This document shows, piece after piece, positions 1 through 13,100 of a stretch of 64,000 nt of DNA. Location of the stretch: the NCBI RefSeq assembly GCF_022045235.1, contig NW_027266300.1, positions 248,001 to 312,000 on the forward strand, in the 5' to 3' direction. The stretch is from Haliotis cracherodii (lineage: Eukaryota). The notes under the pieces were generated by a model. The model was given only the letters and a program-made list of their open reading frames with translations, was not told the DNA's origin and searched no databases. Numbering within the stretch: position 1 is the first letter of the stretch; every line of letters begins with the position of its first letter. The position numbers and the translations under genes are program-made.

Positions 1-721
1 ATCAAACTTTGCATTTATATCACTCAATTGGTGAAGTTGCTATTTTGCAATTTTTCAATTATTTTCATCTCAAATTTTCATGTGAACATGTTGGACATAG
101 GCTCACTATGTGAGTGATGTTCATTTCCGAAGCAGAACTCAAAAACTGTTGAATATTTCTCCATGTTACTTTTCATACGTTTAAACTACATACTGAACTG
201 GTGCCTTTTGCTATTTTAGGATTTAATTTTTTTTTCTGTTTTCAGTCTCCACGGAAGCAAATTCGACTTTCAATTTGGGTTGGGGTTCATTTCTTGAACA
301 GAACTGAGAAACTGTGTGATAGTTCTCCACAAAACTTTGCACAAGCATCATCTAGTTTGCATGAAAGAAACCCCACAGAAACACACTTGTTTTACGTTCC
401 ATTTCATATGGATGCGACCATGGTTGATCTTTTGTGGGTAAACAATGTATGCTTCTTCAAGAACATTCAACTCTTGACTCATTACATACAGAATTGCACA
501 TTTACTTGTGGTTATTTTACAGACAGCTGCCGGGGGGATATGTCAATTTTCTGATGACTCTTGTACCATAATGAGGCTGTATTGTCATCAACAGTATTAC
601 TGGGGCAACTTAATGCCTTTATGACTTTCTTCGTTTGTAACAATAAGATAATTTGAATGTGACTTTTACTTAATTTACTTCACTGTCGTGGTGATATCAA
701 TGATTCTATCTTATTGACCAG

Positions 722-3700
722 AATCCTGCAGCAGCTGGACCGGTCATCACCAGTACTCCAGACTCAAGACGTGGCCCCGAACCCTTGCTGCTGGTAGGTC
801 AATGACCCTTGTGTGTCTCCCTGCTGGAGGTCAATGACCCTTGTGTGTCTCCCTGCTGGAGGTCAATGACCCTTGTGTGTCTCCCTGCTGGAGGTCAATG
901 ACACTTGTGTGTCTCCCTGCTGGAGGTCAATGACCCTTGTGTGTCTCCCTGCTGGAGGTCAATGACCCTTGTGTGTCTCCCTGCTGGAGGTCAATGACCC
1001 CTGTGTCTCCCTGCTGGAGGTCAATGACCCTTGTGTGTCTCTCTGCTGTAGTCAGGGTTAAGTAGGTCCCCTGTACCCTCATGGTGGTTCAAGGGTTAAG
1101 TAGGTCCATAAAATACCATGCTTGTCTGTCATGGTGATTCAAGGAAAGAATAGGTCCCCAGTGACCTGTGCTTCTCTTCCTGTGAGGATTTCAGGAACAT
1201 TCCCTATATACCTTTGCTTATATAACCCCAAGGGTGCTAGATGGTTTTGACAACTTTCACACACTCTCATTCTGTGCAGTGACCACAGTGATGGCGTGAG
1301 GTTTATGTCTAAGAGCTTATCGAGTACATACAGACAGACATGATTGATACATTTTGCAGGTGGACCTGTCGGCAGTGGCGCCCCCTAGTGTTGGCGAAGA
1401 CGAACTGCTTCCTCTACGTCTCTCTGGTGATGTTGTCAACAGTGACGAGATTGTGTGTGCCAGCGATGGCAGTCTTGAAGTGGACATTCCTGATGTAAAG
1501 GTATCTCACTGTATCTTCTCTGTGGTGATTGTCTCCACCTGTGATTGTTGTGAGATACAATGAGGGTGGTTGTCTCCACCTGTGATTGTTGTGAGACACA
1601 ATGGGGGTGATTGTCTCCACCTGTGATTGTTGTGAGACACAATAGGGGTGATTGTCTCAACCTGTGATTGTTGTGAGATACAATGAGGGTGATTGTCTCA
1701 ACCTGGGATTGTTGTGAGACACAATAGGGGTGATTGTCTCCATCTGTGATTGTTGTGAGACACAATTGGGGCAATTGTCTCCTCCCTGTGACTGTTGTGA
1801 GACACAATGGGGGTGATTGTCTCCACCTGTGATTGTTGTGAGACACAATAGGGGTGATTGTCTCAACCTGTGATTGTTGTGAGACACAATGGGGGTGATT
1901 GTCTCCTCCATGTGATTGTTGTGAAACACAATGGGGGAGTTGTCTCCTCCCTGTTTTTGTTGTGAGACACATTTTGGGGTGATTGTCTCTTCCCTGTGAT
2001 TGGTGTGAGACACAATGGGGGAGTTGTCTCCTCCCTGTGATTGTTGTGAGACACAACTGTGTGGATTGTTTCCCCTGTGACTGTTGTGAGACACAACTTT
2101 GTCGATTGTCTCCACCTGTGATTGTTGTGAGACACAACTGTGTCGATTATCTCCACCTGTGTGCTGAGAGTAGGCAGACTACATACAACATACATGACGT
2201 CAGATCCGACGTAACGACTGACCGTGGGAACTAGCAAGAGCTGAGGAAAACCCCTAACTATTTATAGTGTTCACAAACACTACACCTGTGATTGTTGCAA
2301 GGGGCAGCTGAGGACCCGTTTGACCAACTCCCCGTTGCGCTCCATTAGTGGACCCTCTCACCCGAGGGATTCTCATACACAGCAGAGATGTATGTATTTG
2401 TTGTATTTATTCCTGTGTTGACAGGCTGCTGATCTTCCTGGAGATGTTCCTGACTCCAGGGAGCCCCATGCCGAAGTAATGCCTTCAGCTTCATCACCCA
2501 CAGAAATGCAGCCCACAACTAAACCTCACACCAAAGCAGAACAAGCTGTCCTGTTGAAGCCAGGCTCAGCCAGACACCAGAACACGAAGACAGGACGACA
2601 GGTTGGTCCGACAGCGAAGAAAAAGAGAATTGTTTCATGCAAGCCAAGTAGCTGTTTGGGGAGGCAACTTTCCCTGGGTACACGGCCATCCAAAGGTGTG
2701 AGTGCTTCCCTTGAACACTCAACAGTTTCAAACACCAAGTCTCCAAAGAGCTGGAGATCTTTCCCTAGGAGCAGCAGTGGGAGTAACATGATGGGCAAAC
2801 CTCATGTAGCTACTGCAAGAGTGGAACACACGCACACCTCTCAGCATCCGCTCTGTTCTCTGGTGGGCGTGGTCAAGAACTGTCAGAGGGCTCGGGCTAA
2901 TGGCAAGGTCAAGGTCATGTCCAAGTCCAGCAAGCTGATGGTGTCAATAGCACAGGCACCTCCAGGTACATATAGACAGGTAGAACCACAGCACCTCCAG
3001 GTACTTATAGACAGGTAGAACCACAGCACCTCCAGGTACATATAGACAGGTAGAACCACAGCACCTCCAGGTACATATAGACAGGTAGAACCACAGCACC
3101 TCCAGGTACATATAGACAGGTAGAACCACAGCACCTCCAGGTACATATAGACAGGTAGAACCACAGCACCTCCAGGTACATATAGACAGGTAGAACCACA
3201 GCACCTCCAGGTATGTAGATAGTAAATTCATAGGCACCTAGACAGTAGATGCAAAGGCATCACCAGATAAGTATAGACAGTACATCCACAGGCACCTTCA
3301 TGTAAGTAGACACTAGATCCACAGGCACCTTCAGTTAAGTAGACACTAGATCCACAGTCATCAGGTAAGTAGACACTAGATCCACAGGCACCTTCAGGTA
3401 AGTAGACAGTAGATCCACAGGCACCTTCAGGTAAGTAGACACTAGATCCACAGGCACCTTCAGATAAGTAGACACTAGATCCACAGTCACCTTCCGGTAA
3501 GTAGACACTAGATCCACAGGCACCTTCAGGTAAGTAGACACTAGATCCACAGTCATCAGGTAAGTAGACACTAGATCCACAGGCACCTTCAGGTAAGTAG
3601 ACAGTAGATCCACAGGCACCTTCAGGTAAGTAGACACTAGATCCACAGGCACCTTCAGGTAAGTAGACACTAGATCCACAGTCACCTTCAGGTAAGTAGA

Positions 3701-4239
3701 CAATAGATCCACAGGCACCTTCAGGTAAGTAGACACTAGATCCACAGTCAACTTCAGGTAAGTAGACACTAGATCCACAGGCACCTTCAGGTAAGTAGAC
3801 ACTAGATCCACAGTCAACTTCAGGTAAGTAGACAATAGATCCACAGGCACCTTCAGGTAAGTAGACACTAGATCCACAGGCACCTTCAGGTAAGTAGACA
3901 CTAGATCCACAGGCACCTTCAGGTAAGTAGACACTAGATCCACAGTCACCTTCAGGTAAGTAGACACTAGATCCACAGGCACCTTCAGGAGAGTAGACAC
4001 TAGATCCACAGGCACCTTCAGGAGAGTAGACACTAGATCCACAGGCACCTTCAGGTAAGTAGACACTAGATCCACAGGCACCACCAGGTACATATAGACA
4101 GGTACAGAGACGACATCATGCTTGTATAATGTGTCCCGACACACTGGTGTTACAGTCCTGAAGGTAACAAGCATGACTCTACTTCTTTCTCACTGCAGAT
4201 GCAATTATGGCCACTGTGAGAAGAGTGACTCAAGTATAG
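722..4239 (+). CDS. 3' part of an unidentified spliced gene (low-complexity S/K/P-rich C-terminus); exons 722-793, 1360-1500, 2425-2965, 4199-4239
   Basis: Four segments with AG/GT boundaries and compatible phases (0,0,1) give one open frame: NPAAAGPVITSTPDSRRGPEPLLL / VDLSAVAPP...IPDVK / AADLPGDVP...SIAQAPP / DAIMATVRRVTQV* (TAG 4237-4239). No domain recognised; the start lies upstream of the window. Confidence 0.65.
788..1047 (+). repeat. 32-bp minisatellite (~8 copies) beginning in the exon end/donor at 793
   Basis: Unit CTGCTGGAGGTCAATGACCCTTGTGTGTCTCC; the first copy reads CTGCTG|GTAGGT. Confidence 0.95.
1522..2160 (+). repeat. 41-bp minisatellite (~15 copies) about 20 nt after the donor at 1500
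   Basis: Unit GTGATTGTCTCCACCTGTGATTGTTGTGAGACACAATGGGG. Confidence 0.95.
2956..3215 (+). repeat. 35-bp minisatellite (8 donor-bearing copies) containing exon end plus 5' splice site
   Basis: Unit GCACCTCCAG|GTACATATAGACAGGTAGAACCACA starting at 2956, 2991, 3026 ... 3201. Confidence 0.95.
3285..4105 (+). repeat. 33-bp minisatellite (~24 copies), most units carrying CAG|GTAAGT
   Basis: Unit CAGGCACCTTCAGGTAAGTAGACACTAGATCCA; related to the exon end CAGGCACCTCCAG. Confidence 0.95.
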
Positions 4240-5123
4240 GATTGTGACAAGACAGACACAAGTATACCTCTGTGACAAGAGAGACACAAGTATACCTCTG
4301 TGACAAGAGAGACACAAGTATAGCGCTGTGACCAGAGTGACTCAAGTATAGCGCTGTGACCAGAGTGACCGAAGTGTAGCTCTGTGCTGAGAGACTCGAG
4401 TGTAGCTCTGACAAGAGAGACTCAAGTGTAGCTCTGTGACAAGAGAGACTCAAATGTAGCTCTGTGACGATAGAGACTCAAGTATATCTCTGTGACGAGA
4501 GAGTGACACAAGTGTAGCTCTGTGACGATAGAGATTCAAGTGTAGCTCTGTGACGATAGAGAGACTCCAGTGTAGCTCTGTGAGAAGAGTGACTCAAGTG
4601 TAGTACTGTGAGAAGAGGGACTCAAGTGTAGCTCTGTGACAAGAGAGACTCCATTGTAGCTCTGTGAGAAGAGTGACTCAAATGTAGCTCTGTGACAAGA
4701 GACTCAAGTGTAGCTCTGTGAGAAGAGTGACTCAAGTGTAGCTCTGTGACAAGAGAGACTCAAGTGTAGGTCTGTGAGAAGAGTGACTCAAGTGTAGCTC
4801 TGTGACAAGAGAGACTCAAGTGTAGGGCTGTGACAACAGAAACTCAAGTGTAGCTCTGTGACAGGAGTGACTCAAGTGTAGCTGACGAGAGAGACTCAAG
4901 TGTAGCTCTGTGACGAGAGAGACTCAAATGTAGCTCTGTGAGAAGAGTGACTGAAGTGTAGCTCTGTGACAAGAGAGACTCAAGTGTAGGGCTGTGTCAA
5001 GAGAGACTCAAGTGTAGCTCTGTGAGAAGAGAGACTCAAGTGTAGCTCTGTGAGAAGAGAGACTCAAGTGTAGCTCTGTGAGAAGAGTGACTCAAGTGTA
5101 GCTCTGTGACGAGTGACTCAAGT
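4215..5123 (+). repeat. ~29-30-bp minisatellite starting inside the last coding exon of gene 1 and running through its 3' UTR
   Basis: Unit approximately CTGTGAGAAGAGTGACTCAAGTGTAGCT; the first copy encodes ...VRRVTQV*. Confidence 0.9.
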
Positions 5124-5834
5124 ACTAGTACATGTAGCAGTGTATGTGTGCTTTAAGTAAACTGTGATTTATGGTTTGGGGCATATTTTTATCATTCACA
5201 CTGTTATGACCTTCCAGTATTAGGAAAGTCACCTCCACAACACCACAAGCTCAGACAAATCTTCGTTTAAGACATTTTATTCAGCTTTTCTCACCACTAT
5301 TGATGCTGGCATAACTCAAGTGTGAGAGATCAGCCGCATTATTTGCTGTACATAATGTGTTGTCAAATTGTTTCTCAACCTTGTCTTCATTTTGTGACAT
5401 TTCATGTGGAGTATTTCAGTACAAGATGCTGACTTATTGATTGTGATTCCAAGACAGGTGCTTGCATAAGGATACATCCTTCCTGGGGGATGTGGTTGCA
5501 TGAAGCTGAAACACGTGGTATCAAGCCTGTGATTGACCAGTCTGATTCAACTAGCTTCCAATGTCATGGTAGAATGAGTATTCATCCTAGTTTCATTGAT
5601 AAATGTGTGTCTTTCATGTGTGAATTTAAAAGCAAAATATTTGGGGCATATATATTCTGCAAGTTGTGAAATCTGTATTGTAAATACTCATGTAATTTTA
5701 TTTATCAGATGCGAGGTTATGTTCACTAGTAGTGCTGTTGATTGTATTTATTCTTTTATTGTATGAATATAAAAAAAATATATGTGATAATGATGTTGAA
5801 ATATGCAAACTAATGAATGTGTAGTTTTGTATGC

Positions 5835-6497
5835 TTAGTGCTGTGATAGTGAGGAGATAGTGTTTCAATAGAGGACACAGAGTTGATGTATTAGTGCTGT
5901 GATAGTGATGGACAGTTATTCAATAGAGGACACAGACATGTGATGTACATTGTATTAGTGCTGTGATAGTGACAGATAGTGTTTCAATAGAGGACACAGA
6001 GTTGATATATTAGTGCTGTGATAGTGATGGAAAGTGTTTCAATAGAGGACACAGAGGTGATATATTAGTGCTGTGATAGTGATGGAAAGTGTTTCAATAG
6101 AGGACACAGAGTTGATATATTAGTGCTGTGATAGTGAGGAGATAGTGTTTCAATAGAGGACACAGAGGTGATGTATTAGTGCTGTGATAGTGAGGAGATA
6201 GTGTTTCAATAGAGGACACAGAGGTGATATATTAGTGCTGTGATAGTGAGGAGATAGTGTTTCAATAGAGGACACAGAGGTGATATATTAGTGCTGTGAT
6301 AGTGAGGAGATAGTGTTTCAATAGAGGACACAGAGGTGATGTATTAGTGCTGTGATAGTGAGGAGATAGTGTTTCAATAGAGGACACAGAGGTGATGTAT
6401 TAGTGCTGTGATAGTGACAGATAGTTATTCAATAGAGGACACAGACATGTGATGTATTAGTGCTGTGATAGTGATGGACAGTTATACAATAGAGGAA
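5835..6497 (+). repeat. 55-56-bp minisatellite (~12 copies)
   Basis: Unit approximately TAGTGCTGTGATAGTGAGGAGATAGTGTTTCAATAGAGGACACAGAGGTGATATAT. Confidence 0.95.
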
Positions 6498-7271
6498 ATA
6501 GACGTGTATAAAAATGACATTTTCAACATCCCCTTTGAAACTTTGAGGCCTGTGATGCTGAAACTTTGCAAGTATTATCCTTGCTAAGGTTTAATTGTTG
6601 AACAGTGCTCATTGCTTCTGCCAAATACTCATATATGTTTGCATAAAATTTATATGCAGAATATATTGTACAAAAATTAAATATGATTATTTTTTTTTTC
6701 TGTTGTTGATGTTGAAAAGGCCTTTGACCTTCCTGTACCCATGTGTAGCACAATGTGAATGTAAGCATTGTGTGGTGTGATATTGATGGTGTGCATGTAA
6801 TAACATGTTAGGTAGCCAGTGTTACAACATTAGGCATGACCGTCAAGGAGTCCTTGCCATAACTGCTTAGAAGTAACCATTTACAGGTGCTTCATTTAAA
6901 TTGTGCAAGAGGAACCACTGAAATGCCCTTTTAGTTTTAACATTGGCCAAATGATAAATGGGCATTTTTTTATTTTGGATTGTGCTAAGACTTATCATTA
7001 GGATATTTCATGCTGCGTTGTCGATACTTCTGTTTGCAGATTCTTGTTTACCCTTTGATTAGCTTCTCAGACTTAGAAGTCATTTGAACTTACGTCCTGG
7101 CCTCGTTGCCAGCATCTAGAAACAGCTTCTCAGAAACCCCGGAAGCTGAAGCTTCACATGCTTGTTCCCACAATGATAACACCTGAAGGTGCTCAACAAG
7201 TTCCAGTCCAGACCCGCTGGGGCTGCCTAGTTATGGCCATTATTCACCTATTTTCACTTCAAATGTGATGA

Positions 7272-7396
7272 AACCCGGATTCGATTCCCCACATGGGCAC
7301 AATGTGTGAAGCCCATTTCTGGTGTTTCCCGCTGTGATATTGCTGTGATATTGCTAAAAGCGGTGTAAAACAAAACCACACTCACTCACTCACTCA
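7272..7396 (+). mobile_element. SINE family A, 5'-truncated copy
   Basis: Matches 46604-46770 (GATTCGATTCC B-box-like motif, AATGTGTGAAGCCCATTTCTGGTG core, (CACT)n tail). Confidence 0.85.
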
Positions 7397-7720
7397 AATG
7401 TGATGAACATTGGTATGTGTGTAGCTTGTAGTGAGGCTCAACAAATGTTCTGTTTGTCCAAGACCTTTGTACTGCGAGTCTGCGAGACATATTGAGAACT
7501 GAAACTTGTGGGCCTCACAGAGCCGTCTGTGTTCCAGTTTCTGCCCTTCATTTGACCCTGCACTTGAATTCTGTCAAATGTAATTCCTGGCACTGTAAAC
7601 ATCGCATGTAGCACAGCACCCATATTGAAAATTTATTAATGACTTTTTTGTTCAAATCGTAAAGAAATTTGGTATGTTCACGTAGCAGTGGACATCAAAA
7701 CATTTTATTTTTTTGCAATA

Positions 7721-7879
7721 CAGTCGAACTTTGTTATCTGGAACGTACTGATATCTTAAGCCTATTCTCCGGTACCAACTGCCTTACTATATGATGTTTA
7801 TGCCTCATTATCTTGAATGTTCGGGTATCTCGAAGTTAAACCTCAGTCCCGTCAGGTTCCGGAGGACGAGGTTTGACTG
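7721..7879. mobile_element. short MITE (Tc1/mariner-pogo type)
   Basis: TA-CAGTCGAACT ... GGTTTGACTG-TA: imperfect terminal inverted repeats with TA target duplication. Confidence 0.7.
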
Positions 7880-8974
7880 TATGTACATTTTTACCTTCAT
7901 TGAATCTTTGTGTTTGGACTATGTTGACATTTTAAACTATGGACTCTACATTCTGGTGAGCTAGTGCTGTGGCACCATGTTTATGACTGTTATGCCCAAT
8001 GTTGTAAATAATTCAGAAATATCCCTGTGAGCTACAGGACATTGTTTCTCTGTTTCCTCTCAAAATGTGAGAACTGTCTCATCCCATAGTGCCACCATTT
8101 GGTCAGATGTTTGATGTGCCAAATTCTAGTGGATGTTCTGTGATATCCCCAGTCCCCTGCTTAGATATATCTGCACTTCTGTTTATATAATTTGAGGACT
8201 GTATATTTTGATGAAATGTATATAAAATTTTAGATCATCAAGGCCTGTAAATCATTTTGAATGTAGAGGTGTCATATTTGATGGCCTTGTGTTGCCATGA
8301 CAATATGTTATGGATTGGTTTTATCAGTATCTTTAGTATCATCAACATAGGGAGAAATGAAAGGTTGGGGAAATGTGGAAGGAGTGGAGACATTCCAACA
8401 TCAGATCCCGACTCGTCGTGGTCCTTCAGGAGTTGTGGCCTCTCGGGACATGGTTGTTTTCAGCTAAACCTGTACCTGCAGTTCACAGTTACGGCAGATG
8501 TGCTGCAGTAGTGGTAATTTTCTGTTGCAAAGTTGGCATGGTTACGAATCAGTCTCCCTGGTTAGTTAGATGTCGTCACCACAAATTTAGTCATCTCCAA
8601 CAATGGACTCACATTACAAGCTCCCTACATAATGAGTTTCCATTACCACCAGAGACCAGGGACAACCCTGCACTAAGCACTGTACTAACTTTGATCCATG
8701 CCGAGGCTGTAGTAAAGACTTGTTTACACTAAACGTGCAGTGTTCTGTTATTTGTAGTAACATGTAAAACTTGACTCTGGCTACTGACGAGAGTGAGAGT
8801 TGGGTTATGCTGACCTATTTCACAGAAACTACCGGTATCGGTCGTCTAGTTGGAGCAAGGCAAGAAAGGTCAAACCATCAGCAGCGAGCTAATGATCTAC
8901 ACACAATGACCTGTTTTTTTCCCTGAGTCTACCACTTTAAAATATTTTTGGACTAGTTCTTTTTAATTGTTATT

Positions 8975-9143
8975 GTTGTAAGAGGCGACTAAAGGGTTGG
9001 GTTCGGTTATCGTATCCAAATTGCGTGGATTGATGCTCATGATGTCAATCACTGGATTGTCTGGTCCAGACTCTATTATTTACAGACCACGGTCATATAG
9101 CTGGAATACTGCTGAGTGAGGCAATTAACAACAAACAAACAAA
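8975..9143 (+). mobile_element. SINE-like family B, partial copy
   Basis: GTAAGAGGCGACTAA ... CACTGGATTGTCTGGTCCAGAC ... GCTGGAATACTGCTGAG ... (AAAC)n tail; same family as 22898-23158 and others. Confidence 0.8.
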
Positions 9144-9392
9144 TTTAGGACAGTGCTAGATTCAAGTGCTAACTCAGCTCTGTCCCCCTTCAGGGTTGTC
9201 TGGAAGCTCTTGTAGAATCTCCATCATGAAGGCAAAACGAGCGAGGCCACGGCAACACAATCAGAGATCAAAACTTTATTTACATACCAACACATGACAA
9301 TATTTTGTATACAACTGAAATAAAATACTCCAGAAAATATATTTGAAAGTTTCCTCCATACACTTCCATGGCTCCTTCCTTCCATTCACGGA

Positions 9393-10140
9393 CACTGTTG
9401 TGCTTCAGTCCACCTATCCCCCCCACACACTGTTGTGCTTCAGTCCACCTATCCCCCCACACACTGTTGTGCTTCAGTCCACCTATCCCCCCACACACTG
9501 TTGTGCTTCAGTCCACCTATCCCCCCACACACTGTTGTGCTTCAGTCCACCTATCCCCCCACACACTGTTGTGCTTCAGTCCACCTATCCCCCCACACAC
9601 TGTTGTGCTTCAGTCCACCTATCCCCCCACACACTGTTGTGCTTCAGTCCACCTATCCCCCCACACACTGTTGTCCCAACCCACAATGTTGTGCTTCAGT
9701 CCACCTATCCCATCCCACACTGTTGTGCTACAGTCCACCTAACCCTGCCCACACTGTTGTGCTTCAGTCAACATATCCCATCCCACAATGTTGTGCTACA
9801 GTCCACCTAACCCTGCCCACACTGTTGTGCTACAGTCCACCTAACCCTACCCACACTGTTGTGCTACAGTCCACCTAACCCTGCCCACACTGTTGTGCTT
9901 CTGTCCACATATCCCCGCCCACACTGTTGTGATAGTCCACCTAACCCCGCCCACACTGTTGTGATAGTCCACCTAACCCCGCCCACACTGTTGTGATAGT
10001 CCACCTAACCCCGCCCACACTGTTGTGATAGTCCACCTAACCCCGCCCACACTGTTGTGATAGTCCACCTAACCCCGCCCACACTGTTGTGATAGTCCAC
10101 CTAACCCCGCCCACACTGTTGTGATAGTCCACCTAACCCC
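9393..10140 (+). repeat. 32-34-bp minisatellite forming most of the SDE2 3' UTR
   Basis: Units CACACTGTTGTGCTTCAGTCCACCTATCCCCCCA grading into CACACTGTTGTGATAGTCCACCTAACCCCGCC; begins about 9 nt after the SDE2 stop. Confidence 0.95.
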
Positions 10141-10148
10141 ATTACTGT

Positions 10149-13100
10149 TCATTTCTTCCTGCCTTTCCCATTCTGTGGCTTGGGGAAGAGGGAGGGGTCA
10201 ATCTGGTCGTGGGTCAGCCCCTTCACAGAGAACAACCTCTCGGCCCTCTGCTGCACTGTCCCGCCACACTTCAGCCCTCGCTGGGTCAGGGCAAACTTGA
10301 GGCGATCCAGCCCAATGTCCTCCAGCTCCCGGGCAGATGAGAACTCTGACAGGTCAACCTGGGGAAGAAATGAGGAATATTAACATTGCCAAAGCTTGAG
10401 CACCTACATCAGAGATTTCATTCAAAATCTTCCCAATCTTTTGAATCCCCAAAACACAAATGCCAATGTTTCTATATTAATAAACTTGCAGACTTCTTAA
10501 AAAAAACCAAGCTATCAACCACATCAGGAAGTACTTTTGAAAGACACTTGACTCTTGGATATTTTACCACTTCATGTTCTTTACAGATTTAAGGAATGAG
10601 GTTTCATAGGGGAAACCAGGGATAAAAATGTATTCAGGTTTTAATAAAAAATATGTGATACTCATGAATTTCATGTTGGTAAACTGATACTTGCCATGTG
10701 GATAAAATCATGATACTCGCCACATTACTAAACGGAAAGAACCATGCTGAAATATCATTTAAAGTACAGAAACTAGAGACTCACTTAGGTGATATTGACT
10801 GTAATTTCAAAGACATCCTGAAAGTTGAGGTTCCTTTGAATTTAAATTCATCCTTGATTCACAAGGAAGCTCTTAAGGCTGATAAATGATATACTTCAAC
10901 TCATACTGTACTTACATCTTCAAGTTTGTCTGTTGAGCTCACAGGAGGAGGCAGAGAAGACAAGAGGGTACTGCTTGCTGCAGTTACCTCCCTTTGATCC
11001 ATCTCTTGGCCTTCCTGCTTGGAGGTAGAGATGGTCTCACTTGACTCAAGGCCTTCCTTGCTGTCTGCACCTGATCTACTGTGACTGGCCGTACTGGGTG
11101 AACACGCATCATGTGTGGACACAACTGTTCCAGGACTGTTGTTGCCAGGTGTGTGGTCATCGGATGACACTTCCGCCCCAGCTCCACCCTCACTGGAGGA
11201 CTGGCTGTCGTCGTCCGAGCTCTCACTGGACAGGTCATCTGGGTCTACACCGAGCCTAGAACAAACATTGTTACCAGGTGCAATCACAGACTGTCTACAA
11301 AATAAAATGAATTATTGATCCAGTGGCACAATCACAACAAGCCTACCACACAACTCCTGATAGGGATACAAGAAGTTATTCCTCAGAACATATGGTGGAG
11401 TTCCCTACATATGTAATACAGTCGTGCATCGTTTATACGGACACTTGCATCATTTCACAATTCGTCCGTATAAACGAATTTCCGTATAATTGAAACCAGC
11501 TTCAATTATGCAACTCATGACAGATGACAGAGCAAACAGATACATCCACTCAATCTTTATTCAAGACATACACGTTTCAAAAAATCTAATAAGTGATAAG
11601 TCATTTGAATTTTCCAGGATTTAGCCACTTCTGTTTGTCTTTTAAATTGTCGATTACATGTACAATAAACAAGCTCGTCTCAAACGTAACTCAGTGTCAC
11701 TTGGTTAATTGACTTCTCACGAATCAAAGGATTACCACCAGCGGAAGGATTACCACCAGCAGAAGTGTATTGTCCGGGTAAGTGAGACAATTTTTTGTGC
11801 ATTTCAGTGTGTTGTGTATGAAAATGACCATCCGGTTCCGGAAACTGAATTTCCGTATATATGAGTAAATTTATATAGTAATTATTTCGTTTTGAATGAA
11901 AAGCGTCCGGGAACCGAGGTTTCCGGATATCTGAAGTCCGTATAATCGGGGCATGACTGTAGTTTCATTTCATTTCAAATTAGTGCAAAAGTTTCTTTTT
12001 CAGTACAAACTTGAAATTCGGTCCTTGAGAACAATTTTGGTCAACTGACTTAGTGGAGTGGAGCCTACAGACAAAGTTTGTTGCAATTTCTTTCAGCCTT
12101 CATGCTGCTTGGAATGGAGTGTTGACAACTGTTGCAAATTCTTCCATAAGGGCTGGCACTTTTTGCATGACATTGCAGCAGTATCGTTTCCCCTCACTGA
12201 AAGATGATGTGCTGTCGGATCAAGGGAATGCATAAAAGATGGCCATGGCTTTGCTTGGTACTGTGCCTGGGTTTGTTGAGACAGTTGAGACAATTCTGGT
12301 TGTCTTTCCTGCATTCCAGTTATCCAGTGATGGAGCTGTGACATGAGCTTTGCAATTTGTAGGAAAGACTATAGCAGTGTTGTTCATGGTTTCATTTGCA
12401 ATGACCTGTGCACAGTTTGCAGAAAGAGAACTCATCTTTAGGATGGCCACCTGACTTGCACAGAGGATCTCGTGGTATTCTCTTGTTCTGATGATGAGTT
12501 GGGTTCTATGAGGAGCTGACGAAAGAAATACTTTCTACATTGAGGAACAGATGATTCTTCACAACTACTGGGAAGTGAACAATCAAACTTGAATGGAGAG
12601 TCCTGATCAAGGACAGATTTATGAAGAATCGATGCTGCCATAAGTAAGGTATGCGTTTCCTCGTCTGGTATTTAGTTACCTCAGACATGGAGAATCTCAC
12701 CCGAGTGCCTTTTGATATCAGAAGACACTCCTGTAAGATTTTATTAAACAGTGTCTTAAATGTAAAAAGTACTGCTAACAGCTTCAGTAGAGAAGCCATT
12801 AGTGATGTCATTTGATTGTAACATCATGGTAACCAATGATGACACAATGGACTGCAAAGCAATGTGATGCAATTCATTGCAGCGATATCTACAATGTAGA
12901 TATCGATTGATCTCACGCAAGCGATATCTCCTGTGGGAGCCTGTTTTGGATGATAAATGATCTTTCCAGCTGTCTTGAAACAAAAAATGTAAACTCTATC
13001 TCGGATACCTTCTTCTTCACTCAAATTAAGAAAGTGTTTGAGGGCTGTATCCTTTAAGTGGGTTCAGTTCACCATCTTCTGGACTCCATGTTGTTCTAAT

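Noticed and set aside
3335-4174. 279-aa VPVDLVSTYLK repeat ORF
   Set aside because: Antisense reading of the 33-bp donor-site array.
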